Source of the DNA: an uncultured Atopobium sp.
GTDB lineage: Bacteria; Actinomycetota; Coriobacteriia; Coriobacteriales; Atopobiaceae
Assembly: GCA_902481575.1 (NCBI GenBank)
Contig: CABSWT010000003.1
Location: forward strand, 29,542-93,541
Direction of reading: 5' to 3'
DNA length: 64,000 bases
The stretch's first letter is position 1, and every line of letters starts with the position of its first letter. The position numbers and the translations under genes were made by a program. Shown one piece after another: positions 37,810 to 47,090 of the stretch. The notes under the pieces are model-generated. The model did not search any database. It was given only the letters and a program-made list of their open reading frames with translations, and was not told the DNA's origin.

Positions 37810-39459
37810 ATGACCAAGCACATATTTGTAACAGGTGGCGTTGTTTCTTCTCTTGGAAAAGGAATCACTGCTGCATCTCTCGGCCGACTTCTTAAGGCTC
37901 GTGGCTATAAGGTCATGATGCAAAAAGCTGACCCATATCTCAATGTTGACCCAGGCACTATGAGTCCTTTCCAGCATGGTGAGGTTTTTGTCACTGAGGA
38001 CGGTAAAGAGACTGACCTTGACCTTGGTCATTATGAGCGCTTTATTGACGAGAATCTTACCAGGGAGTCTAACTTCACCACTGGCCTCATTTATCAGTCT
38101 TTGATTCAGCGTGAGCGCGCTGGAGACTTCCTTGGCGGTACAGTTCAGGTAATTCCTCATGTAACTGATGCAATTAAGGCTCGTTTTGCTCGCATTGAAG
38201 AGGTTACTAATGCTGATGTAGTCATCACAGAGCTTGGTGGCACTATTGGTGATATTGAGTCTCAGCCTTTTGTTGAGGCAATTCGCCAGTTTAGAAAAGA
38301 GCGTGGCGCAAGCAACGTTGCTATTATTCACGTGAGCCTTGTTCCTTATATTGCTGCTGCTCACGAGGTTAAGACTAAGCCTACGCAGCACTCCGTAAAA
38401 GAGCTTCGTTCCCTTGGTATTCAGCCAGACTTTATCGTGTGCCGTTCCAGCCATTCTGTGGATGAATCTATTCGCGAGAAAATCGCTAATTTCTGCGACG
38501 TTGATGCAGATTGTGTTTTTGAAAACAATGATCTGCCTTCAATTTACGACGTTCCAGCACACCTGGCTGCACAGGGGTTTGACAAAAAGGTACTTGAGCG
38601 TCTTGGTTTTGAAGTCCGTCCAAGTGATCTTGGCAGCTGGGAAGCATTTACTACCGCTATGCATAAGGCAAATGCGCTTGAAGACGCAACAAGAATTTAT
38701 GTTGTCGGCAAGTATACGCAGCTGCCTGATGCCTACCTTTCTGTTATTGAGGCACTTCACCACTCTGGTATTTTCTATGGCAGGCACGTTGATATCCGCC
38801 TGGTAAATGGTGAAGAGCTGACAGAAGAAGACGTAGAGCAGGAGCTTGCTGGTGCGGACGGCATTTTGGTTCCTGGTGGCTTTGGTCTTCGCGGCGTAGA
38901 GGGCAAGATGGTTGCTATTCGTCGTGCTCGTGAGCTCAAGATTCCTTACCTTGGTGTTTGCCTTGGTATGCAGATGGCTGTTACTGAGTTTGCTCGTGAC
39001 GTCTGCGGCATGGAGGGTGCAAATTCAGCAGAGTTCGGTCCAGATACTCCATACCCTGTCATCGATCTTATGCCTGATCAGGAGGATATTACTGACAAGG
39101 GCGGTACCATGCGCCTTGGTTCTTATCCTTGTAAGATTGTTGAGGGAACTCTTGCACACGAGGCATATGGCAACAACTTGGTTTACGAGCGTCATCGTCA
39201 CCGCTATGAGGTAAGCAACGTATTCCGTAATCAGCTTGTTGAGGCTGGTCTGGTAGTTTCTGGTGTTTCTCCAGACGATCGCCTTGTAGAGATGATTGAG
39301 CTTCCAGAGTCTGTTCACCCTTGGTTTGTTGCAAGTCAGGCACACCCAGAGTTTAAGAGCCGTCCAACTCATCCTGCACCTTTGTTCCGTGAGTTTGCAC
39401 GTGCAGCAATCGCTCATCATGAGGGTGTTGACCGTTATGATGTAAACCAGTCTCTCTAA
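37810..39459 (+). CDS. pyrG: CTP synthase
   Basis: [32 protein letters not shown]. Confidence 0.97.
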   Translation: MTKHIFVTGGVVSSLGKGITAASLGRLLKARGYKVMMQKADPYLNVDPGTMSPFQHGEVFVTEDGKETDLDLGHYERFIDENLTRESNFTTGLIYQSLIQRERAGDFLGGTVQVIPHVTDAIKARFARIEEVTNADVVITELGGTIGDIESQPFVEAIRQFRKERGASNVAIIHVSLVPYIAAAHEVKTKPTQHSVKELRSLGIQPDFIVCRSSHSVDESIREKIANFCDVDADCVFENNDLPSIYDVPAHLAAQGFDKKVLERLGFEVRPSDLGSWEAFTTAMHKANALEDATRIYVVGKYTQLPDAYLSVIEALHHSGIFYGRHVDIRLVNGEELTEEDVEQELAGADGILVPGGFGLRGVEGKMVAIRRARELKIPYLGVCLGMQMAVTEFARDVCGMEGANSAEFGPDTPYPVIDLMPDQEDITDKGGTMRLGSYPCKIVEGTLAHEAYGNNLVYERHRHRYEVSNVFRNQLVEAGLVVSGVSPDDRLVEMIELPESVHPWFVASQAHPEFKSRPTHPAPLFREFARAAIAHHEGVDRYDVNQSL

Positions 39460-39487
39460 GCAGAATTTTTACTAGGGAAGAATACTT

Positions 39488-40396
39488 ATGGACCTCGCTC
39501 AGGCGCGTACAGAATTTTTAGCGTACGTTGCTGTTGAGCGAGGTCTTTCTGTAAATACGCTTGATGCCTATACCAGAGATTTAGAGGGTTATTTGCTTTG
39601 GCTGAATGGCAAAAAAATTATTTTGCCCAACCAAGTGACTCGCTCCAATGTTGAAGAGTACATAGGCTCTCTTAGAGATTTAGGTATGGCTCCAGCTTCG
39701 GTTGAGCGCCACACTGCAGCACTTAGAAACTTCCACAAGTTTATGGCTGTTGAGCAAATTTGTGAGTCATCTCCAGCTGAAGATTTACCTACCGCAGCAA
39801 GAATTCAAAGGCTTCCTGATGTTATCTCTCAAGAGAAGGCAGAAGAGCTGCTTGACCAGCCATTTCCTAATTCGCCTTTAGGTATTCGAGATAGAGCCAT
39901 ACTTGAGCTGCTGTATGGATGCGGCCTTCGTGTGTCTGAGCTTTGCGATCTTGAGGTTCGAGGTGTCCTTCTAGAAGATGAACTCTTGCGTGTTTTTGGT
40001 AAGGGTTCCAAAGAGCGCGTAGTCCCTGTGTTGGGCTCTGCGCATCGTGCACTTAAAACATACCTTTATGAGGCTCGTTCGCTTTTGCTTAAGCACGGCC
40101 AGGTATCCGAGGTGTTTGTAAACGCTCGGGGTGGACGTATTTCTCGCCAGTCGGTACATAAACTGGTGGCAAATTATGGCAGGGTAGTGGGGATTGAAGG
40201 TTTGCATCCTCACACACTGCGCCACAGTTTTGCCACACACCTTCTAGAAGGCGGCGCTGATCTTCGCTCGGTGCAGGAGCTTTTGGGACACGTTGATATT
40301 TCAACCACGCAGCTCTATACGCACGTAGATAGGTCGCACATTAGAGACGTGTACCTTGAGGCTCACCCAAGAGCCCACGTTCATGCGGACAAATAA
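39488..40396 (+). CDS. xerD: Tyrosine recombinase XerD
   Basis: RDRAILELLYGCGLRVSEL, GKGSKER, HPHTLRHSFATH, LGH, TQLYTH; conserved position after pyrG. Confidence 0.9.
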   Translation: MDLAQARTEFLAYVAVERGLSVNTLDAYTRDLEGYLLWLNGKKIILPNQVTRSNVEEYIGSLRDLGMAPASVERHTAALRNFHKFMAVEQICESSPAEDLPTAARIQRLPDVISQEKAEELLDQPFPNSPLGIRDRAILELLYGCGLRVSELCDLEVRGVLLEDELLRVFGKGSKERVVPVLGSAHRALKTYLYEARSLLLKHGQVSEVFVNARGGRISRQSVHKLVANYGRVVGIEGLHPHTLRHSFATHLLEGGADLRSVQELLGHVDISTTQLYTHVDRSHIRDVYLEAHPRAHVHADK

Positions 40397-40408
40397 TCGC
40401 GCTTGACG

Positions 40409-40473
40409 CAAGTGTTGGACAAGCGTGGGACAAGTGTGGGACAAGCGTGGGACAGGTGTGGGGCAAAGTGGTG
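40409..40473 (+). repeat. 11-bp tandem repeat CAAGYGTGGGA (about 5.5 copies), MraZ-box-like
   Basis: CAAGTGTTGGA CAAGCGTGGGA CAAGTGTGGGA CAAGCGTGGGA CAGGTGTGGGG CAAAGTGGTG. Confidence 0.8.
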
Positions 40474-40700
40474 ACTGCGTAAAAGCAAGACGAAGGTTTT
40501 GTTTGAGTAACGTGTGATTTTCGCCACGAGTTCACCACAATTTCCTCAAAAATTTTCACTTCATAAAAAATTTAATAAATCGTGTCTAAGACTAAGAAAA
40601 TCCGTTCTTTTGTAGTTCGGATTTTTTTAAACACTACATATTGTGGTCTTGCTCCATCAATTCACATCTACGTTAAACCCCAGCTAGACCATAAGAAAAA

Positions 40701-40740
40701 TACTTGGTGTTGGAAAGTGTTTTCTAGTGTGTCTAAGTGT
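40701..40740 (+). promoter_or_regulatory. Four 10-bp-phased (A)GTGT boxes, putative MraZ operator
   Basis: tacttGGTGT tggaaAGTGT tttctAGTGT gtctaAGTGT upstream of mraZ. Confidence 0.55.
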
Positions 40741-40857
40741 CGGAATGAGTTATATTTATTTCACGTTCAATCGACGGACTATGCCCAAGCATTGCCGCGC
40801 ACACACAACACAAACACAGCCCGCGCGGCAAGGGGCGCCAACGTGAAAGGGGGAGAC

Positions 40858-41292
40858 ATGCTTACTGGTCAGTATCAGCGCTCGCTGGACTCCAAGATTC
40901 GCGTGACTCTTCCTGCACCTCAGCGCAAGCAGCTTGGAGATGTTGTCATCTTGCTCCGTCGACAGGACGCGCTTTACGGCTACTCACCTGAAGCGTATGA
41001 GGCTTGGATTGCAAGTCTGAACCTCAACCCAAGGAACCGCGACGACGTCACAGCACTTCGCATGCTGAACGCAGCAGCAACAACCGTCGACATTGACTCG
41101 GCCGGCCGCGTTGCTCTGGGAAAGATTGACGAGTCCGATCCACAGGCTAGGGAGAAGCTCCAGCTTGACCGCGACGTCACCATTGTCGGTAACGGCGACC
41201 ACTTTGAGATTTGGAACACCAACAAGTGGAACAGCCTCTTCTCGGCAGATGACCGCGTTGCAACGCTCGAGGACCTCATCTTTGGCGCCTAG
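40858..41292 (+). CDS. mraZ: Division/cell-wall cluster transcriptional regulator MraZ
   Basis: LDSKIRVTLP, IDSAGRV, IVGNGDHFEIW; GGGGGAG RBS; head of the dcw cluster. Confidence 0.85.
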   Translation: MLTGQYQRSLDSKIRVTLPAPQRKQLGDVVILLRRQDALYGYSPEAYEAWIASLNLNPRNRDDVTALRMLNAAATTVDIDSAGRVALGKIDESDPQAREKLQLDRDVTIVGNGDHFEIWNTNKWNSLFSADDRVATLEDLIFGA

Positions 41293-41307
41293 TGAGGCGA
41301 GAAGATC

Positions 41308-42291
41308 GTGAAGGTAGAAGACGGTAACTTGAAAGTCGAATATCGGCACCAACCAGTAATGCTTGCAGAAGTGCTGCGCGAGCTGGACCCCAAGCCAGGT
41401 GAAGTTGTTTGCGACTGCACCTTGGGAGGAGCGGGTCACACCGTAGAGATGGCAAAGCTGATTGCTCCAGACGGTCTTTCTATTGGAATTGACCAGGACG
41501 CAATGGCTCATCAAGCAGCAGCTGCTCGCCTGAAGCAAGAAGTACCAAACGCGGAGTTTTTGCCGCTTAAGGGAAACTTTGGCGACCTCGATGAACTTCT
41601 CGTCTCTGCAGAAGTCCCCGGAGTTGACTGTTTCCTTTTTGACATTGGTGTTTCTTCTCCTCAGCTTGATATCCCAGAGCGAGGCTTTTCGTACCACGAA
41701 GATGCCCCGTTGGATATGAGAATGGACCCGGGCAAACAAACTCCAACTGCACAAGAGGTCATCAACACCTACAACGAAGCCGACCTCGCCCGAATCCTTC
41801 GAATTTACGGAGACGAGAAATTTGCCTCACGCATTGCACGACGCATTGTACAAACGCGAGAAAAGCGTCCCATCCAAACGACGCTTGAGCTTGTTGAGGT
41901 AATCAAGGCGGCAATTCCTGCAGCAGCGCGTCGTCACGGCGGACATCCCGCCAGAAAGACGTTCCAAGCACTTCGTATTGAAGTAAACCACGAGCTTGAG
42001 GTTTTGGAGCGCGGACTACGCTCTGCAATTGCCTGGGCTAATCCAGGAGGCAGGATTTGCGTTATCTCGTACCACTCGCTTGAAGATCGCATTGTCAAGC
42101 ACGTGTTCTCCGAGCTCAGTCAAGGTTGTATCTGCCCGCCAGACCTTCCGGTTTGTATGTGCGGTCAAGTGCCGATAGTTGACGTGATTACGCGCAAACC
42201 TCTTGTGGCCACTCCAGAAGAGATAGAGCGCAACCCAAGGGCGAGAAGCGCCCTGATGAGGGTAGCGGTTAAACGCGACCCAGAGAAATGA
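41308..42291 (+). CDS. rsmH: 16S rRNA m4C1402 methyltransferase
   Basis: HQPVM, DCTLGGAGH, GVSSPQLD, LDMRMD, FQALRIEVN, NPRARSA. Confidence 0.95.
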   Translation: MKVEDGNLKVEYRHQPVMLAEVLRELDPKPGEVVCDCTLGGAGHTVEMAKLIAPDGLSIGIDQDAMAHQAAAARLKQEVPNAEFLPLKGNFGDLDELLVSAEVPGVDCFLFDIGVSSPQLDIPERGFSYHEDAPLDMRMDPGKQTPTAQEVINTYNEADLARILRIYGDEKFASRIARRIVQTREKRPIQTTLELVEVIKAAIPAAARRHGGHPARKTFQALRIEVNHELEVLERGLRSAIAWANPGGRICVISYHSLEDRIVKHVFSELSQGCICPPDLPVCMCGQVPIVDVITRKPLVATPEEIERNPRARSALMRVAVKRDPEK

Positions 42292-42349
42292 AGTACCCCA
42301 TAGCACTTGTTGCTTGTTGTTAAGAAGTTTTTGAAGGGATTGAAGTTTA

Positions 42350-42769
42350 ATGGCACGTTACGGATCAGAAGCTGTAGCACGCGCAATTCAGTTTGAGCAT
42401 GAGTACGCTCCTGAACAGAGCACTCGCACATCTTTTGAGGTTGTCCCTGGTGGTGGCCTTGATGCTGATGCTCGTCGTGGCGTAAGCAGCCAGTTCATCC
42501 AGCGCGTCAAGCTTATTGCTGTTGCTGCAGCACTCTTCCTGACACTTGGTGTTGTCCGTATTGGCATCTCTACCGCTACGGTTTCAACTCTTCAGGCTAA
42601 TAACGTCATCAGAAATGAAATGCGCGCAACAACCGCAACTAACGATTCCCTGCGCGTTTCTCGCTCCCTGCTTGCAAGTACAACACGCATTGAGCGCATT
42701 GCTACTCAGAATTATGGTATGACTCTTGAGACAAATCGTCCTGTTGTAGACGTAAGCAACAACGCTTAG
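42350..42769 (+). CDS. ftsL: FtsL-like cell division protein
   Basis: Single TM plus coiled coil, 'RIERIATQNYGM'; between rsmH and the PBP gene. Confidence 0.65.
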   Translation: MARYGSEAVARAIQFEHEYAPEQSTRTSFEVVPGGGLDADARRGVSSQFIQRVKLIAVAAALFLTLGVVRIGISTATVSTLQANNVIRNEMRATTATNDSLRVSRSLLASTTRIERIATQNYGMTLETNRPVVDVSNNA

Positions 42770-42785
42770 GCGTAAAATATACGTT

Positions 42786-44585
42786 GTGAGTACGCAGAAT
42801 CGACATACTCGCGCATCGCGCAGAAAAACTCCTGAGGCCTCGTACGACGAGGCCTCTCGTGTGCATTTTCGTGGTCATCGTGGTAGCAGCGGTGGCTCGG
42901 ATGGTGTTGGCCCTGAAGGTAGACTCCGTCGCGTAGCAGCTGCTATGGCAATTATGGTGGCAATTGTTGTTCTTAGGCTTGCTTGGCTGCAAATCTTTAC
43001 GGCAGCAGATCTTGCAAAGGGCGCCGAGAATAACCGCACCAACGACATTGTCTTGCACGCTCGCCGTGGCACCATTTACGACCGCAACGGCAATGTCTTA
43101 GCCATGAGCGTTGACTGCAAAGACATCTACGCCAATCCTTCAGAGATCAAAGACGCAAGCTCCGTAGCTCAGGTTTTTGCCTCGCTTCTAGGCGGAAGTC
43201 CTTCAGACTACCTTGGGGACCTGCAGCAAGACACCACCTTTGTTTACGTGCGTCGTCGTGTTGACACGGATACCGCTTCCAAGATTGAAAAAGCACTTGA
43301 CGAGAAAAACCTCAAAGGCGTCTATTTTGTTAACAACACCAAGCGTGTCTATCCATATGGCAACGTTGGCGTTCAGATTCTAGGCTTTGTAAACGCTGAT
43401 AATGAGGGCGCTTCTGGCCTGGAGTATTACTACAACGATATCCTTGCGGGCACTAACGGTCACATGATTGTAGAGACCGGCGCTGGTGGTACGCCAATTG
43501 CGGGCGGTACTTCAAACATCACTGAGGCACAAAACGGCCAGGATATTGTTCTTTCCATTGATATTGAGCTGCAGAAGAAGGCAGAAGAGCAGCTGACTGC
43601 TGCAGTAAAAGACATTGAGGCCCAGCAGGGTGGCTCAATCATGGCTATGAATCCTCGTACCGGAGAGATTTATGCCGCAGCTTCATACCCTCTGCCAGAT
43701 TTTAAGAGCGATAACGGCGTTGACTACGAATCTCTCAACCTCAAGCTTGTCTCAAGTATCTATGAGCCAGGCTCCGTATTTAAGGTAATTACTACCTCAA
43801 TTGGTATAGATGACAACCTCTTTGGTCCAAATTCAACCTTCAATATCCCAACCGAGCTCAAAGTTGGCGATAACAAGGTTACCGACGACGATTGGCGTAC
43901 CAGCGCCATGGACATGAGCGTAAGAGAGATGCTCAGACGTTCCTCGAACGTTGGTATGGCCTTCCTCGAGACACAGCTCATAGGTGATGAGCGCTTTGCA
44001 GCAGGAATTGATAAGTTTGGTATAGGTCACACCACAGGCATTGACTTCCCTGGTGAAGCTACAGGAATTGTCCGCTCTCTGGACGAATATGAAGGCCCAA
44101 CTGGCGGAAACATGGCGTTTGGTCAGGGCCTTGCAATCCCATTTATCCAGGTCATTCGCGCATATACCGCTGTTGCCAATAAGGGAACTATGGTGACTCC
44201 ACACTTTATGGTTTCTAAGGGCGGTCAAGAGGTTACCTGGCCTACTAAAGACGTTATTTCCGCTTCCACAGCTTCAGCCGAGCTTGACATGATGACTACC
44301 GTTGTCAAAGAGGGTACCGGTGTTCGTGCAGGTATCTATGGTTATACCGTTGCTGGTAAAACAGGTACGGGCCAGCAGGTTGTGGAAGAAACCGGCTCGT
44401 ACGGCGAGAATTCCGGTTTTGTTGCTTCCTTCTGCGGTATCGTGAATCCATCAGAATCTGATTTGATGGTTTACGTTGGACTTAACGATACCCACCAGCT
44501 TGCATCGCAGTCTGCTGCTGTGGTCTTCTCGCAATTTGCAAAAGACGCAGCTACACGCCTTAATATTCAACCAATCAATAACTAG
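42786..44585 (+). CDS. ftsI: Class B penicillin-binding protein (FtsI)
   Basis: RRGTIYDRNG, EPGSVFK, SSN, KTG. Confidence 0.9.
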   Translation: MSTQNRHTRASRRKTPEASYDEASRVHFRGHRGSSGGSDGVGPEGRLRRVAAAMAIMVAIVVLRLAWLQIFTAADLAKGAENNRTNDIVLHARRGTIYDRNGNVLAMSVDCKDIYANPSEIKDASSVAQVFASLLGGSPSDYLGDLQQDTTFVYVRRRVDTDTASKIEKALDEKNLKGVYFVNNTKRVYPYGNVGVQILGFVNADNEGASGLEYYYNDILAGTNGHMIVETGAGGTPIAGGTSNITEAQNGQDIVLSIDIELQKKAEEQLTAAVKDIEAQQGGSIMAMNPRTGEIYAAASYPLPDFKSDNGVDYESLNLKLVSSIYEPGSVFKVITTSIGIDDNLFGPNSTFNIPTELKVGDNKVTDDDWRTSAMDMSVREMLRRSSNVGMAFLETQLIGDERFAAGIDKFGIGHTTGIDFPGEATGIVRSLDEYEGPTGGNMAFGQGLAIPFIQVIRAYTAVANKGTMVTPHFMVSKGGQEVTWPTKDVISASTASAELDMMTTVVKEGTGVRAGIYGYTVAGKTGTGQQVVEETGSYGENSGFVASFCGIVNPSESDLMVYVGLNDTHQLASQSAAVVFSQFAKDAATRLNIQPINN

Positions 44586-44593
44586 GAGAGCTC

Positions 44594-46030
44594 ATGGTTA
44601 AGCTTTCGGTTGAACAGATAGTCGCAGCTACAAATGCACGACTGCTCCACCGCGGAACCCGCGAGGTTGCGGGCGCGGCCGTCATCGACTCTCGTGAGGT
44701 CCAGGAAGGCTCGCTCTTTGTGGCCTTCGCTGGCGAGAAGGTCAATGGAAACTCCTATCTCTTATCTGCTGCCCAGGCGGGCGCTGCTGTGGTAGTGGCA
44801 TCTGAGCCTGTAGCAGACAATCTGTTCGACAACCTGGCCGCCACAGGAGTCAGCGTTCTTGAAGCCGCTGACGATGACTGTGAGGCATTCCTGCTGGCTC
44901 TTGCCGCCGCTTGGCGAGAAGCCCATCCAAATTGGCTGGTTGTAGGTGTAACCGGATCAGTTGGTAAAACTACTACCAAAGAAATGCTTCGTCGTGGCAT
45001 CGGCGCTACCCGCCGTGTGCATGCTACCGCCGGTAACCACAACAACCTTATTGGCCTGCCACTTACGGTACTTTCTACTCCAGAGGATACCGAGGTGCTT
45101 GTGCTTGAGCTGGGCATGAATCACGCCGGCGAGATTACCAGGCTCACCTCGGTTGCTCGTCCAACAGTGGCAGTCATTACCAACGTTGGTACCAGCCACA
45201 TTGGTCTTCTCGGCAGCAGAGAAAACATTGCGCGCGCTAAGGCAGAGATTGTCTCGGGCATGCGCGCATTTGGCTCAATTGAACCTACGCTTATTCAGGC
45301 TTCGGCGGGGGACTACACCAAGTTCATTGCAGATGAGTTTGCTCGTCCTGCTCGCGTTGTTTGCAAGACAGTGGGCGCCACAGGAGCTGACCTCATGAGC
45401 GCACAGCAGGTCACTCTTGACGAGGAGGGCCTTCCAACTGCCACTATTGTTGCTGCATCCGGCTGGTCACGCACGGTAACTCTTGAGGTACCTGGGCGCG
45501 TTGTTGTCGACGACCTTCTTTTGGCACTTGAGGCTATAGAGACGCTTGGTCTTGATCTTGACGCTGCTGCAGAGGCCATTGAGCAGATGCCTGCCACTCG
45601 TATGCGTCTTTCGGTACTTGACGCAACCTGCGGTGCCAAGATTATTGACGATTCTTACAACGCAAGTCCTAACTCAACAGCTGCTGCCCTTGATGTTTTG
45701 ATGCAGATGCCAGCGGAAGGCCGCCGCATTGCTCTTATCGGAGAGATTGGCGAGCTTGGACCAGAGGAGAAGCGCCTCCACGGTTATGTGGGTGCCTATA
45801 TTGCTGCTAAAAACCCAGACCTTGTTGCCTTTGTAGGCACGGGAGCCGCGCGCGAAATGGTTGAAGCTGCGCGCGTTATGGGTTTCTCGGAAGATAAAAT
45901 TGAACAGTTCAGTGATGTCAACGAAGCACTTACCGTGCTCGGACCAGTACTTGCGCAAGGAGACGTTCTTCTCGCCAAGGCATCGAGGTCTGCCCAGCTT
46001 GATATTTTTGTAAAAGGAGTTACTGAGTAA
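44594..46030 (+). CDS. murF: UDP-MurNAc-tripeptide--D-Ala-D-Ala ligase
   Basis: IDSR, TGSVGKTTTKE, NNLIGLP, ELGM, DSYNASP, KASR. Confidence 0.93.
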   Translation: MVKLSVEQIVAATNARLLHRGTREVAGAAVIDSREVQEGSLFVAFAGEKVNGNSYLLSAAQAGAAVVVASEPVADNLFDNLAATGVSVLEAADDDCEAFLLALAAAWREAHPNWLVVGVTGSVGKTTTKEMLRRGIGATRRVHATAGNHNNLIGLPLTVLSTPEDTEVLVLELGMNHAGEITRLTSVARPTVAVITNVGTSHIGLLGSRENIARAKAEIVSGMRAFGSIEPTLIQASAGDYTKFIADEFARPARVVCKTVGATGADLMSAQQVTLDEEGLPTATIVAASGWSRTVTLEVPGRVVVDDLLLALEAIETLGLDLDAAAEAIEQMPATRMRLSVLDATCGAKIIDDSYNASPNSTAAALDVLMQMPAEGRRIALIGEIGELGPEEKRLHGYVGAYIAAKNPDLVAFVGTGAAREMVEAARVMGFSEDKIEQFSDVNEALTVLGPVLAQGDVLLAKASRSAQLDIFVKGVTE

Positions 46031-47061
46031 TGTTTTACCAGACTATTTACCCAACATACCAGGTGTTTGTAGCACTTGGTGTCTCCTGCATCATCACGTT
46101 GATCTTAATGCCACTCTTTATCAAGTTGATGAAGAAAGAGGGAGTGGGCCAGCAGGTTCGTGCTGACGGCCCTCAGCAGCACCTGGTCAAGCAGGGTACT
46201 CCTACTATGGGCGGCGTCGTTATGCTGGTAAGCATTGTGCTGACCTGTATTGCACTTGCTCAGTGGAACACCGACCTCATTCTTGCTATGGCAGCTATGC
46301 TGCTCACAGGCTCGCTTGGTCTTCTGGACGATATCGAGTCTGTTGCTCATGGTAGAAGCCTTGGCCTTACCGCATCTCAGAAGATGGCTGGACTTATTAC
46401 CATTTCTGTTGCATTTTGTCTGGCAGCAGTTAACATTTGGGGCATTACGCCCATTATTGCGTTCCCTGGTGGTCTTGATATCAACCTGGGTATCCTCACC
46501 ACTACCGTCAATTTAGGCGGAAACATTATTTCTATCCCTTGGCTGTATCTTTTCTTTGTCTTTTTGCTCATGGCTGGCCTCTCCAACGCTGTTAACCTGA
46601 CTGACGGCCTTGATGGCCTGGCTGGTGGCTGCGTTATGGTCGTCATGATTTTTATGGCTGCGGTAGCTTTCCGCTATGGCGAGAGTAGCCTTGCTGTTTT
46701 TGCCGCATCTATCGCAGGCGCTTGTATTGGTTTTTTGTGGTTTAACAGCTATCCTGCAAGCATTTTTATGGGAGACACCGGCTCTCTTGCCTGGGGCGCT
46801 GCCTTTGCGGCCCTGGCCGTTCTTACCAAGACAGAGGTAATTTCCCTGGTCATGGGCGGTCTTTTTATCATCGAGGCACTGTCCGTTATCATTCAGGTTG
46901 TCAGCTACAAGGCAACTAAAAAGCGCGTATTCTTGATGGCTCCACTGCATCATCACTTTGAAAAACTTGGCTGGAACGAGACAAAAGTAGTCTTTAGATT
47001 CTGGATTATTTCCGGCGCCTTTGCTGCTCTGGGCTTTGCTCTGTACTTCCAGCTTCACTAA
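46030..47061 (+). CDS. mraY: Phospho-MurNAc-pentapeptide transferase
   Basis: KQGTPTMGG, NAVNLTDGLDGLA, FMGDTGS, MAPLHHHFE. Confidence 0.96.
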   Translation: MFYQTIYPTYQVFVALGVSCIITLILMPLFIKLMKKEGVGQQVRADGPQQHLVKQGTPTMGGVVMLVSIVLTCIALAQWNTDLILAMAAMLLTGSLGLLDDIESVAHGRSLGLTASQKMAGLITISVAFCLAAVNIWGITPIIAFPGGLDINLGILTTTVNLGGNIISIPWLYLFFVFLLMAGLSNAVNLTDGLDGLAGGCVMVVMIFMAAVAFRYGESSLAVFAASIAGACIGFLWFNSYPASIFMGDTGSLAWGAAFAALAVLTKTEVISLVMGGLFIIEALSVIIQVVSYKATKKRVFLMAPLHHHFEKLGWNETKVVFRFWIISGAFAALGFALYFQLH

Positions 47062-47090
47062 AGATATTGCTCTTAGAAAGGATCGCTTGC

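Noticed and set aside
39488..40396. Integrase of a mobile element
   Set aside because: XerD-type sequence in the conserved housekeeping position after pyrG, with no cargo genes or att-like flanks.
40409..40473. Possible CRISPR array or iteron origin
   Set aside because: 11-bp contiguous units with no spacers and no rep gene; position fits MraZ boxes.
40582..40857. Long N-terminal extension of MraZ (likewise ORF-track extensions of murB, the ABC ATPase, nadK, pepP and yqeG)
   Set aside because: Downstream starts fit family length and mostly have an RBS; the extensions overlap regulatory DNA or upstream genes.
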